From IMG/VR virus record IMGVR_UViG_2721755496_000005: 37,317 bases of DNA; one strand, 5' to 3'. Each line of letters opens with the position of its first letter. Within the stretch, counting starts at the first letter, position 1. Below are positions 28,718 through 37,317 of this stretch, one piece after another. Position numbers and translations under genes: made by a program. The notes beneath the pieces were generated by a model. The model was not told the origin of the DNA, did not search any database, and saw only the letters and a program-made list of their open reading frames with translations. Source of the DNA: a virus (taxonomy: Duplodnaviria; Heunggongvirae; Uroviricota; Caudoviricetes).

Positions 28718-29074
28718 TTAATACAGGTTCCGCCACTTATCATCTTCCCGCAAACACTGGTTCCGATAGAAGATACGCAAGCCTGCTCCTGACGGAATAC
28801 TGCCGCCGCGAAGGAGTAAATCGACCTCTTTCTCGCTACCATCAAATCCTCTGGACTTCAGCTCATAGACGAGCTGCAGTCGCTGATGGTCTGTAATTCG
28901 CTGTTTGTAGTCTTTACGCCGTTTCGGTTTCACCAGGCGTAACCTTGCAGCCAGTTCCCGGCGCTCTTTTTTGTTCATACTGTGCAGGTAATCGTGCAAC
29001 TCCTTGTCATCCATGCTGGTAATGTCCGTTCTGGGGTCCCCATCAGCTGATTTATCTTTCTCCTGTTGGTTCAA
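28718..29074 (-). CDS. Hypothetical phage protein
   Basis: 118-aa ORF overlapping the gpA stop; basic and charged; no family recognised. Confidence 0.5.
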   Translation of the reverse strand: MNQQEKDKSADGDPRTDITSMDDKELHDYLHSMNKKERRELAARLRLVKPKRRKDYKQRITDHQRLQLVYELKSRGFDGSEKEVDLLLRGGSIPSGAGLRIFYRNQCLREDDKWRNLY

Positions 29075-31158
29075 ATTTTCAGCAAGGGGACAGTTATTGC
29101 CACGAGTCCAAGGGGACAGTTATTGCCACGAGTCCAAGGGGCGCAAGCGCCCTGGTCGGCTGCCGCCTCCTGAACATCAACGGCCTTACGAACCATTTTC
29201 CACTTCACGGCATGAGTGCAGATCTTGCCCTCTGCAATAGGTGACCAGATGCCATAAATACGAATGCCGTGATCGCCATAGGCGGTCGGCTCTTCGTTGA
29301 TTTCATAAGCGGTTCTGATGAGGTGATATTTGCGGGGAACCAGTACGCCGCCCTGCTTCATGATGTAGGTGGCAAAACAACCAGCATCAGCAGCAGCCAG
29401 GATGGCATCAAGGCGTGGGTTATCCAGTACCGGCGCACCTGCTTTTTTGTCCCCCTGTTGCCTTGCCGCCTGACCAGCCAGCAATCGCAGTTCACGGTAA
29501 GCCTGACGCCCCGGAATGCCAAAGAAGCGGAATTGCTGAACACGATGCAGAGACGCCCAGGCATTAACGTATTCAGCATTATCACGCAGGGATTTCCCCG
29601 TTTCCTTGCTGATCTCGCCAGCCAGACCACGCCCGTCAATGTTCTTACTGATGTATTTCGCGATGTAGCTTGTTGGCGTTCCTTTGCGCGGGTTAATCAA
29701 CTCAGACTTAAAGCGCGGCCCAGTGTTATTGCCCAGCTCCTCGCGGTCTTCACGGATGGCAAACTTACGCAGTAATGCAGTGATGGCACGGCGGTCTTTT
29801 TTGCGCATGAAACACAACAGGTGCCAGTGAACTGTGCCGTCATGATGCGGCTCAGCCACCCGCACGCCATACCAGCGCAACCCGGCTTTGTGCATCGCCT
29901 TACGAAATGCAGCAAACATGCCGACCAGATAATCGCTGCTTTGTCTTACCGTCGCGTTTGTCCAGGTCGGGTTTGGTCTGCCGTTATTGAGCGTGGAATG
30001 GAAACGTGACGGACAGGTGATGGTGTAGAAAACGGCGCAGTCACCGCGCATTTCCGCGATAAGCTCCAGACCTTTAACACAGGCCATCATCTCATTGCGG
30101 CGATGCGCCGGGTTGCTGCTGCTGGCGTTTACCACATCCTCCATGTCCAGCGTGTCGCCGTCTTCGTTCACCAGTTCATGAGAACGGAAAAACTCCAGCG
30201 ACTTACGGCGCTGCTCACGTTTATGCATCACGGCTTCATAGCTGACATAGGGAGATGCTTTTTTGCTGACCAGGCAGACAGCACGCAACTGCTCTTCCCG
30301 CCATTCGCAACGCATCCTCCATAATTTCCGATACCACCAATCGGCGCACAACATACGCGCCAGCGAACCCGGAATGAGTTCATAGGGCACGGGTTTACGG
30401 CGGTTTCTTTTCCGACGGAGTTGCTCAAACGCAGGAGGGATTACATCCAGACGCAGGGTTTCCGCTGCCACCTTTTCCCATGTCTTGCGGATTTCTTCTG
30501 GCTTAACGTCATCGGTGGCATACAAATCACCACAAGCTGCATCAAGGCACATGCTCATATGCGCGGCAACAAGGGTAGACAGGCGCTTCACCTGATCCTG
30601 ACTCATTTCAGGCAGGATCAGCAGGCCGTCCAGCCCTTCATGGCTTGCCATAAAGCGAAAAGAAGTGGATAGCTGACTCTCGCGTACATGCTCCAGTCGT
30701 TCCAGACATGGCTTAATCGTCTCACGCAAATAGCGGGAATAAGCCTTTGGCCTGCCCAGGCTGCTGAAGTATTCAATACGTTGCATCAGCGGCTTGCTGA
30801 TATGGGAAGGCTGGGCGTTGACGTCCGCCAGAATGACCATATCCGGATTAAAACGCTGCTGCTCATGCGCCAGCTTTGCCCGACTAATGAGCTTATCCTG
30901 CTCGATTTCGCGCTGGACAGGATCACGGGATTCATTAAAGAAATAACGCTCCCAGACCTGATCACTCAGCGCCTCACGGCGCAGCTGTTCCTGCTCGTTA
31001 TCGGCAGCGTACAGAGTGATCAGGTTTGAAAGCGCAGAAACCGGCGCAACTTCCGCCGGGTCCAGATAAGGGTTAATGGCCTTTTTCGGGCTGCTCCATG
31101 AGAATGCTGCTGCGACCTCGTTAAAGCCGCTGCAGTTGTTCATATCAGCATGGCTCAT
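29071..31158 (-). CDS. A: Replication initiation endonuclease gpA (rolling-circle initiator)
   Basis: 695-aa ORF with the VHWHLL and YIAKYISKN motifs recalled as characteristic of P2/186 gpA-type initiators; size close to 186 A. Confidence 0.88.
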   Translation of the reverse strand: MSHADMNNCSGFNEVAAAFSWSSPKKAINPYLDPAEVAPVSALSNLITLYAADNEQEQLRREALSDQVWERYFFNESRDPVQREIEQDKLISRAKLAHEQQRFNPDMVILADVNAQPSHISKPLMQRIEYFSSLGRPKAYSRYLRETIKPCLERLEHVRESQLSTSFRFMASHEGLDGLLILPEMSQDQVKRLSTLVAAHMSMCLDAACGDLYATDDVKPEEIRKTWEKVAAETLRLDVIPPAFEQLRRKRNRRKPVPYELIPGSLARMLCADWWYRKLWRMRCEWREEQLRAVCLVSKKASPYVSYEAVMHKREQRRKSLEFFRSHELVNEDGDTLDMEDVVNASSSNPAHRRNEMMACVKGLELIAEMRGDCAVFYTITCPSRFHSTLNNGRPNPTWTNATVRQSSDYLVGMFAAFRKAMHKAGLRWYGVRVAEPHHDGTVHWHLLCFMRKKDRRAITALLRKFAIREDREELGNNTGPRFKSELINPRKGTPTSYIAKYISKNIDGRGLAGEISKETGKSLRDNAEYVNAWASLHRVQQFRFFGIPGRQAYRELRLLAGQAARQQGDKKAGAPVLDNPRLDAILAAADAGCFATYIMKQGGVLVPRKYHLIRTAYEINEEPTAYGDHGIRIYGIWSPIAEGKICTHAVKWKMVRKAVDVQEAAADQGACAPWTRGNNCPLGLVAITVPLLKI
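29085..29136. repeat. Perfect 26-bp tandem direct repeat (2 copies plus 5-nt partial third) within the 3' end of gene A
   Basis: aggggacagttattgccacgagtcca at 29085..29110 and again at 29111..29136, then agggg. Confidence 0.9.
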
Positions 31159-32012
31159 GCACGCACTCCGTACACGGCAGAACTATCCACGCCACGCGAA
31201 GGATCAAATCCCACCCAGCAGCGCGGCCCGGAAACAGCGATGATTTCTGTTGCTGATTTACACTCGCCAGCTGCCACACCGATGCTGCGTTTTACCTTGA
31301 TATAGTGGTGAGTAAAATTGCGATACAGCGAACGAATCAGGGATGTGTCACTGTTAGAAACAATGACCGGATGTCCTTCAGATGATCGATGTTCAAGAAC
31401 GGATGCCAGGTGATACTGGTCATCTTCAGTGAAACCATCAGTGTGATAGCCGGAAAACGTACCGTCATAAGGCGGATCGCAATACACCACATCCCCCGCC
31501 TTCAACATCGCCAGCGTTTCATCAAAGCTGGCGCAGATAAACGTTGCCCGCTGGGCTTTTTCTGCAAATGCGCGAATTTCTTTTTCAGGGAAATACGGAT
31601 TTTTATAATTCCCGTAGGGAATGTTGAAATGTCCGCTCTTGTTATAACGACATAACCCACGGTAACCGTGACGATTGAGATACAGGAAATATACTGCTTT
31701 CATGAAATCAGTAATTTCAGATGAGTAATTAAACTCCTGCCTTATGTTGTAATAAGCCACCTCCCTGTTTGCTTCCTCAAATAAGACTCTGGCACGAGAT
31801 ATAAATGATTCGCAATCAGCGGCAATCTTTTTATAGAGGTTGATTAAATCAGGATTAATATCAGCAACCAGATAGCTGGGGTAATCCGTCGCCATCATCA
31901 CAGCACAGGAACCCGCGAAAGGTTCAACCAGTCGCGGGCCAGCAGGAAGGTGTTTTTTCAGTTCGGACATAATGGCGGTTTTATTACCCGCCCATTTCAG
32001 GATGGTGCTCAT
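31155..32012 (-). CDS. dam: DNA adenine methyltransferase (Dam-like)
   Basis: Start at ATG 32012 with GGAGG RBS; N-terminal LKWAGNK and catalytic DPPY motifs; 285 aa. Confidence 0.88.
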   Translation of the reverse strand: MSTILKWAGNKTAIMSELKKHLPAGPRLVEPFAGSCAVMMATDYPSYLVADINPDLINLYKKIAADCESFISRARVLFEEANREVAYYNIRQEFNYSSEITDFMKAVYFLYLNRHGYRGLCRYNKSGHFNIPYGNYKNPYFPEKEIRAFAEKAQRATFICASFDETLAMLKAGDVVYCDPPYDGTFSGYHTDGFTEDDQYHLASVLEHRSSEGHPVIVSNSDTSLIRSLYRNFTHHYIKVKRSIGVAAGECKSATEIIAVSGPRCWVGFDPSRGVDSSAVYGVRA

Positions 32013-32236
32013 ACAGCACCTCCGTTGTAATGTTTGCCTTTCAGCTCTGCGATTTCCTGGCAGGTAATGCAAAGCTGCACTCCCGGAATGGCGCGGCGTC
32101 GTGCTGGCGGAATTGGCGCTTCACATTCAATACAAAGCACGCGAGACACGCCCGGTGTTTTGGCACGGGCAGCACGAATATGGCGCTGGCGTTCTTCTTC
32201 AACGCGCTGCTGTACGAGATCCATTGCATCAGCCAT
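32009..32236 (-). CDS. TraR/DksA-family C4 zinc-finger protein
   Basis: 75 aa with CxxC-N17-CxxC (CIEC...CITC) near the C-terminus. Confidence 0.7.
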   Translation of the reverse strand: MADAMDLVQQRVEEERQRHIRAARAKTPGVSRVLCIECEAPIPPARRRAIPGVQLCITCQEIAELKGKHYNGGAV

Positions 32237-32475
32237 TAGTGGATCTCCTGCGCTTCGTTCTGGATTGCTTCAGCAGTTACACGCAGCAGTTCTGCCGCTT
32301 CGACGTGGTTTAGCTGGCGGGATGTGATATGACACGCCAGGCTATCAAGGCGAGCTGCCATTGCTTCAGCCCTTGCCCGGCGTTCTTCCAGACGAGCCTC
32401 TGTCAGTAAAATATTAAGCCCTGCGTCATCCGGTCCGGTTTTAGTCGTGAGGATTTCAATATTACGCATAATCAA
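32236..32475 (-). CDS. Hypothetical early-region protein
   Basis: 79-aa ORF in operon arrangement; no family recognised. Confidence 0.45.
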   Translation of the reverse strand: MIMRNIEILTTKTGPDDAGLNILLTEARLEERRARAEAMAARLDSLACHITSRQLNHVEAAELLRVTAEAIQNEAQEIH

Positions 32476-32536
32476 TTCTCCTGAATTTAGATAAAGGGAT
32501 GCCCGGCGGGTTTACGCCATTAATTTCATTAGTTGG

Positions 32537-32878
32537 TTAATTCGGCATGGTTAGCCGTCTGGGAAATAAGCTCACCACCGCACGAAAATGATTCATTGCT
32601 TTAATCAGCTCCCGCTTTTCGTCAGTGGTCAGCTCATTAATGCTGATGCTATGACGTTCAGCTGGAATTTTTGCCATAAAGAATATAGCAGCCAGTGCCC
32701 GTTTATTTTGTTCATTATTGATATCCCGTGGATCACGCATATCTTTAATAAACCGCTCAAGCTCTGACTCAATATTCAAACCAAAAACTTTCGCCCTTAA
32801 CTCCGCAATATGATTAAGTCCATTCAGGCGTTCACCGGGTCTTAATGGAACAGTCGCCGCAGCGCCTTCAATAGCCAT
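32537..32878 (-). CDS. Hypothetical early-region protein
   Basis: About 113 aa from the ATG at 32878; start uncertain. Confidence 0.4.
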   Translation of the reverse strand: MAIEGAAATVPLRPGERLNGLNHIAELRAKVFGLNIESELERFIKDMRDPRDINNEQNKRALAAIFFMAKIPAERHSISINELTTDEKRELIKAMNHFRAVVSLFPRRLTMPN

Positions 32879-33042
32879 TTGTTCCCCCATTTTTTCGTAG
32901 ATAGTTCTGCCAGCAATTCATCTTGTGAACGGCACGGATGCCAGCGTTTACCATCCTCACCCATGATCCAGCCGTGACCGTAGTGCATTGCCGGACTTTG
33001 TTTTACCAGCAGCGATGCAAATGATGGTTCTTTCGTCAGCAT
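32842..33042 (-). CDS. Hypothetical small early-region protein
   Basis: About 66 aa from the ATG at 33042; start uncertain. Confidence 0.35.
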   Translation of the reverse strand: MLTKEPSFASLLVKQSPAMHYGHGWIMGEDGKRWHPCRSQDELLAELSTKKWGNKWLLKALRRLFH

Positions 33043-33049
33043 AAGCACC

Positions 33050-33559
33050 TCACAGCAAACCGAATGAAGCACCGAGGCCAGTCACGGTATCAACTGCACT
33101 CGCCATCGCAGGATTAGCCTGTAAACGGGCCTGCAATGAAACAGCGGCCAGCGCCATCAGTCGTGTTACAGAGTTAATGCTGCTGATAGCATCACGACGA
33201 CCTGCACTGGTTTTTACATCGCCAGATACCGCACCTGCAGCAACACGCCCGATCTCTGCGGTTGCACTCATGACATAATGCGGCAGTTTCTCTTTTGCCA
33301 CCTCATTAATCGGTACACATGGCAGGCAGTGAATCTGTGCCAGAAAGCCATCTACCAGCGTTGAATCTTCAGTCAGATCGGTAAGCAACCAGATTTCTGG
33401 TGCGGTTAATAAATGAGGTTGAGCTGGGTTCAGCTTGTTCCGCAGAATCTGTACATTCATGCCTGCACGTTCTGCCAGTCGCACCAGGTTGTGGCGCAGT
33501 GCGAATGCACGACAGGCTTCGTCAAAATGTGGATGTTTGGAAACTTGGTAATCAAACAT
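33050..33559 (-). CDS. cII: CII-like transcriptional activator (186 CII family)
   Basis: Start at internal ATG ([20 protein letters not shown]...), 169 aa; resembles the 186 CII N-terminus as recalled. Confidence 0.65.
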   Translation of the reverse strand: MFDYQVSKHPHFDEACRAFALRHNLVRLAERAGMNVQILRNKLNPAQPHLLTAPEIWLLTDLTEDSTLVDGFLAQIHCLPCVPINEVAKEKLPHYVMSATAEIGRVAAGAVSGDVKTSAGRRDAISSINSVTRLMALAAVSLQARLQANPAMASAVDTVTGLGASFGLL

Positions 33560-33591
33560 AGTCGACACCCCTGATGTATCCCAAAATGGAA

Positions 33592-33813
33592 CTAGTTGAA
33601 TACAACATTGCAATCAGTAAGTGCATCAACGGTAAGAGCAGCAAGGTTGATCATTACCTTTTCTCTTTTCTTGTCTTTCCGAAGGCGATGGCGAGGGATG
33701 CGACCATCAGCCAGCATATCGTTGATGGTGTCGATAGAAAGACCAGTAAGTTCGCTATAACGCTCAATTGTGACGTGTGGCGTATTCAGAGTTATTGAAA
33801 TGTTAGGGGTCAT
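33592..33813 (-). CDS. apl: Apl/Cox-like small DNA-binding protein (excisionase / lytic repressor)
   Basis: 73 aa from ATG 33813 with AGGAG RBS; first gene of the lytic operon, divergent from cI. Confidence 0.6.
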   Translation of the reverse strand: MTPNISITLNTPHVTIERYSELTGLSIDTINDMLADGRIPRHRLRKDKKREKVMINLAALTVDALTDCNVVFN

Positions 33814-33908
33814 GATGCAACATCTCCTATTGGCTTGTGGTGAGCCTGTAGTAATCGTGACAAGTACCCAAACGGGGACAAAATTGATACTAGGATCGCA
33901 AAAGAGAT
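33814..33908. promoter_or_regulatory. Immunity switch region between divergent cI and apl
   Basis: 95-bp intergenic region between divergent repressor and apl genes; promoters and operators not delimited. Confidence 0.45.
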
Positions 33909-34505
33909 ATGTCAACATCAAAGTACCCAAATGAGATCAAAATAAATCCCAATAAAGGTGGTAAGGCTGCGATTGAGCGATTAGTCGAAGCTTATGGCTT
34001 TACGACACGACAGGCTTTAGCTGATCACTTGGAAGTATCAAAAAGCACTCTGGCGAACAGGTATTTGCGGGATACGTTTCCTGCAGACTGGATAATCCAA
34101 TGTGCTCTTGAAACAGGAACCTCACTGAAATGGTTAACCACCGGGCAAGGCCTTAAGCAAAGCTCGCTGACAGCAGCTACAGAAGAGCTTGCCAAGTTTC
34201 GCCTTACCGCAGGCAAAATGATTGAAGATGGTTCATATGTCTTCGATTCATCATTTCTTCCTGCAAATCTTTCATCACCAATTGTTATTCAGGATGGGCT
34301 CGTCACATACATTTGTGATCAAAAATTTTCTGAAGTACTTGATGGGCACTGGTTAATCAACATCGACGGAACCTATTCCATTCGAAAAATCACAAAGCTT
34401 CCAAAAGGTATGATTAAAATTACAAGTACAGAGAATAGCTTTGAATGTGCATTTTCTGATATTGAAGTAGTTGCTTGTATAAGAAGTACAATAGTTTCAA
34501 ATTAA
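33909..34505 (+). CDS. cI: Immunity repressor, 186 CI-like
   Basis: 198 aa; the pattern EAYGF...LA-H...S-LANRY...CALETG-SLKWLTTGQG resembles the 186 CI N-terminal domain as recalled. Confidence 0.7.
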   Translation: MSTSKYPNEIKINPNKGGKAAIERLVEAYGFTTRQALADHLEVSKSTLANRYLRDTFPADWIIQCALETGTSLKWLTTGQGLKQSSLTAATEELAKFRLTAGKMIEDGSYVFDSSFLPANLSSPIVIQDGLVTYICDQKFSEVLDGHWLINIDGTYSIRKITKLPKGMIKITSTENSFECAFSDIEVVACIRSTIVSN

Positions 34506-34525
34506 TATAGTAAAAGGATTTAAAA

Positions 34526-36202
34526 ATGAATTCATTTTCCATCGTTATATTCTTATTAGCATTTCTCGCCCCCATTCTAGCTGTAATATTATTTAAGCAA
34601 AGCAAAAAACATAAAGCGGCTATAGATACCTTGACAGCTAACAACATAGCCCTTTCCAACCAACTGAAAGAAAATCAAGAAGAATTAGCACAGACTGTAC
34701 GAGATCTATCAGAGCTTGAAGGACGAGCTGCACCATTATGGCAATACGTAGAATTGCACAGCGCAGTGATGGAAGCAGAGAATAAGATAAAAAATGCAGA
34801 CTCAATAGCCAGGCAAAAAATAGAAGAAGCCCAAATAAAGGCTGCTAAGACAGTAAACGAAGCAAATTATCAAGCTCAGATAAAAATAAGCAACGCTAAT
34901 AGCGAAGCTATAGCAATTACTAAAGACGCTCGCGATGCACGCCTGAAAGCTAAAGAACGTCTTGATAATGCCAATAGTAAAGCAAATGAGCTGATCTCAA
35001 ATGCTAATGACAATGCAGTGAAAATTATTTCCGATGCAGAAGAAAGAGCAAAAGAGATTGCTGGTTCAGCATATGAAGCTAAAGAGTTTGCAGAAAAATA
35101 TGAAGCAGTTGCCAAATCAATGAAAAATAAAATTGAAGGTTATGGTGATGAATGGATCATCCCTAACCGTAGCGTTCTCGATGAATTGGCAGAAAATTAT
35201 GAGTTTACAGATGCAGGCAAGGAATTACAAAAAGCCAGGGAGTTAACAAAATCATTAATAAAAACTAATAAAGCTGCTTCGTGTGATTATGTTGAACAAA
35301 ACAGGCGTAATACTGCTATCAACTTTGTTTTAGATGCCTTCAATGGAAGAGTTGACAGTATTTTATCAAAAGTCAAACACAACAATTTTGGAAAACTTTC
35401 CCAAGAGATAAAAGATGCGTTTCAACTTGTAAATTACAATGGTTCTGCCTTTAGGTCCGCAAAAATAAGTGACATCTATCTTCAAGCTCGACTCAACGAG
35501 CTAAAATGGGGTGTTGCAGTTAATGAAATTATGCTCGAAGAAAAAGAAGAGCAAAGAAGGATTAAAGAACAACTTCGTGAAGAGGAAAGAGCTCGTAGGG
35601 AGTATGAAAAAGCGATAAAAGAAGCTGAAAAAGAAGAGAAAGCTATTCAGCAAGCTATAAATAAAGCAACAAAAGAGCTTATGCTTGCAAATGAAGAACA
35701 ACGCTTAGCTTTAGAGCAAAAAATAGCTGAACTACAGTTAAAATATGAAGAAGCTGAAGCTAAAAACCAACGAGCTATTTCTATGGCTCAACAAACTAGA
35801 TCAGGCCACGTTTATATAATTAGTAATATTGGCTCATTTGGCGAAGATGTATATAAAATTGGAATGACACGCCGCCTTGAACCACTTGATCGTGTTCGTG
35901 AACTCGGTGATGCTAGTGTTCCTTTTTCGTTCGATGTTCATGCGATGATTTATAGTGATGATGCACCATCATTAGAAAATCATCTGCATAAAGTCTTCAA
36001 CGAAAAACAGGTCAATAAAATTAACTCACGAAAAGAGTTTTTCAACGTAAATATTAAAGAAATTAAGTCTGTTATTGAAGATATGAACATCAACGCACAA
36101 TGGACAATGTTTGCGGAAGCGAAAGAATATAGAGAGTCACTGGCGATTGAGCAAGAGCGCAAAGCAGCAACTTCCGCCAACGATGAACTGCATGTTGCTT
36201 AG
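34526..36202 (+). CDS. Cargo protein: N-terminal transmembrane helix, long coiled coil, C-terminal GIY-YIG-like (T5orf172/MUG113-type) domain
   Basis: 558 aa in AT-rich DNA, 21 bp after cI with AAAGGA RBS; hydrophobic N-terminus, about 380 aa of heptad-like Lys/Glu/Ala-rich sequence, then GHVYIISN...YKIGMTRR...R-x3-E-L...N. Confidence 0.6.
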   Translation: MNSFSIVIFLLAFLAPILAVILFKQSKKHKAAIDTLTANNIALSNQLKENQEELAQTVRDLSELEGRAAPLWQYVELHSAVMEAENKIKNADSIARQKIEEAQIKAAKTVNEANYQAQIKISNANSEAIAITKDARDARLKAKERLDNANSKANELISNANDNAVKIISDAEERAKEIAGSAYEAKEFAEKYEAVAKSMKNKIEGYGDEWIIPNRSVLDELAENYEFTDAGKELQKARELTKSLIKTNKAASCDYVEQNRRNTAINFVLDAFNGRVDSILSKVKHNNFGKLSQEIKDAFQLVNYNGSAFRSAKISDIYLQARLNELKWGVAVNEIMLEEKEEQRRIKEQLREEERARREYEKAIKEAEKEEKAIQQAINKATKELMLANEEQRLALEQKIAELQLKYEEAEAKNQRAISMAQQTRSGHVYIISNIGSFGEDVYKIGMTRRLEPLDRVRELGDASVPFSFDVHAMIYSDDAPSLENHLHKVFNEKQVNKINSRKEFFNVNIKEIKSVIEDMNINAQWTMFAEAKEYRESLAIEQERKAATSANDELHVA

Positions 36203-36260
36203 CAATGTATGTTTCATAGTAATCACACATTGATTACTGGTTGTATATACAGTTAAATTT

Positions 36261-36285
36261 AGCCCTCTGATATGAGGGCTTTTTT
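36261..36285 (+). terminator. Rho-independent terminator immediately upstream of int
   Basis: Stem agccctc / gagggct, 6-nt loop, then TTTTT; the int ATG follows at 36286. Confidence 0.5.
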
Positions 36286-37317
36286 ATGGCAGTACGAAAA
36301 CTCACCACAGGAAAATGGCTTTGCGAATGTTACCCCGCCGGACGTAGTGGACGTCGTGTGCGTAAACAATTCGCCACCAAAGGCGAAGCTCTGGCTTTTG
36401 AGCGTCACACGATGGAAGAAACCGAAGCAAAGCCCTGGCTGGGTGAATCAGTGGATCGTCGAACACTGAAAGACGTGGTTGAACTATGGTTCAAACTACA
36501 TGGTAAATCTCTGACAGCTGGGCAGCATGTCTATGACAAATTGCTGTTGATGGTTGACGCTCTGGGCAATCCCCTTGCAACCGATCTCACCTCTAAAATG
36601 TTTGCCCACTATCGAGATAAACGTCTGACAGGAGAGATCTACTTCAGCGAAAAATGGAAGAAAGGAGCAAGCCCGGTCACCATTAACCTGGAGCAAAGCT
36701 ATCTAAGTAGTGTTTTTAGCGAACTATCCCGCCTGGGCGAATGGTCGTATCCGAACCCACTGGAGAACATGCGAAAATTCACCATCGCAGAAAAAGAGAT
36801 GGCATGGCTTACCCATGAGCAGATTGTTGAATTGCTGGCTGATTGCAAACGTCAGGACCCAATTCTGGCACTGGTAGTTAAGATATGCTTAAGCACAGGC
36901 GCACGTTGGCGTGAAGCCGTAAATCTTACCCGCTCACAGGTGACCAAATACCGAATTACCTTTGTAAGAACGAAGGGGAAGAAAAACAGAAGCATCCCTA
37001 TCAGTAAAGAGCTTTACGAAGAGATCATGGCGCTTGATGGGTTCAATTTCTTTACAGACTGCTATTTTCAATTTTTATCCGTGATGGAAAAAACGTCTAT
37101 CGTGCTCCCTCGCGGTCAACTGACACACGTTCTGCGCCATACGTTTGCGGCGCACTTCATGATGTCGGGTGGAAATATCCTGGCCTTACAAAAAATTCTC
37201 GGGCATCACGATATAAAAATGACTATGCGTTACGCACATCTGGCACCGGATCACCTGGAAACTGCATTACGGTTTAATCCGCTGGCAACACTACCAACAT
37301 CAATAGCAAGTTTTTGA
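36286..37317 (+). CDS. int: Tyrosine integrase (P2/186 family)
   Basis: 343 aa; C-terminal catalytic region with LTHVLRHTFA...HHDIKMTMRYAHL (R, H-x-x-R, Y); stop codon is the last triplet of the window. Confidence 0.9.
   Translation: MAVRKLTTGKWLCECYPAGRSGRRVRKQFATKGEALAFERHTMEETEAKPWLGESVDRRTLKDVVELWFKLHGKSLTAGQHVYDKLLLMVDALGNPLATDLTSKMFAHYRDKRLTGEIYFSEKWKKGASPVTINLEQSYLSSVFSELSRLGEWSYPNPLENMRKFTIAEKEMAWLTHEQIVELLADCKRQDPILALVVKICLSTGARWREAVNLTRSQVTKYRITFVRTKGKKNRSIPISKELYEEIMALDGFNFFTDCYFQFLSVMEKTSIVLPRGQLTHVLRHTFAAHFMMSGGNILALQKILGHHDIKMTMRYAHLAPDHLETALRFNPLATLPTSIASF

Larger units (their letters stand above)
2777..37317. mobile_element. P2/186-family prophage, near complete; one att junction lies in 2621..2855, the other beyond the window end
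   Basis: Contiguous P2-order gene set ogr-D-U-T-E-FII-FI-(invertase)-G-H-I-J-W-V-S-R-lysCBA-K-Y-X-L-M-N-O / P-Q, then cargo, cos-like motif, A, dam, CII, apl, cI, int. Confidence 0.9.

Noticed and set aside
34420-34659. 79-aa ORF on the - strand across the cI / cargo-gene junction
   Set aside because: Antisense to two better-supported + strand genes and AT-rich low-complexity sequence.
1-37317. Search for tRNA, rRNA and CRISPR arrays
   Set aside because: No cloverleaf-like conserved tRNA segments, rRNA-like sequence or regularly spaced repeat-spacer arrays were seen by eye; the only tandem repeats are the 26-bp pair in gene A and the short repeats near cos.

Overview
The window holds about 2.7 kb of enterobacterial chromosome (grxA, ybjM, ybjL) followed by a near-complete P2/186-family prophage that runs to the window end, where the integrase gene stops at 37317. 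All protein-family calls are from reading the six-frame translations and from memory of the families; no database search was run. The prophage has a full P2-order late region (ogr through portal Q), an invertible tail-fibre segment with a Hin/Gin-type invertase, and a 186-type control region (CI, Apl/Cox-like, CII-like, LexA-controlled Tum-like/DinI-like operon, Dam methylase, gpA replicase). Three AT-rich cargo genes stand out as candidate anti-phage or abortive-infection modules: a PIN-like protein with an acidic C-terminal half between portal gene Q and the putative cos site (24738..25799), a TPR plus HEPN (R-x4-H) protein in the position of P2 old/tin (26267..27844), and a membrane-anchored coiled-coil protein with a GIY-YIG-like (T5orf172-type) C-terminal domain between cI and int (34526..36202). 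Whether any of these is undescribed cannot be decided without a database search. No tRNA, rRNA or CRISPR array was recognised.
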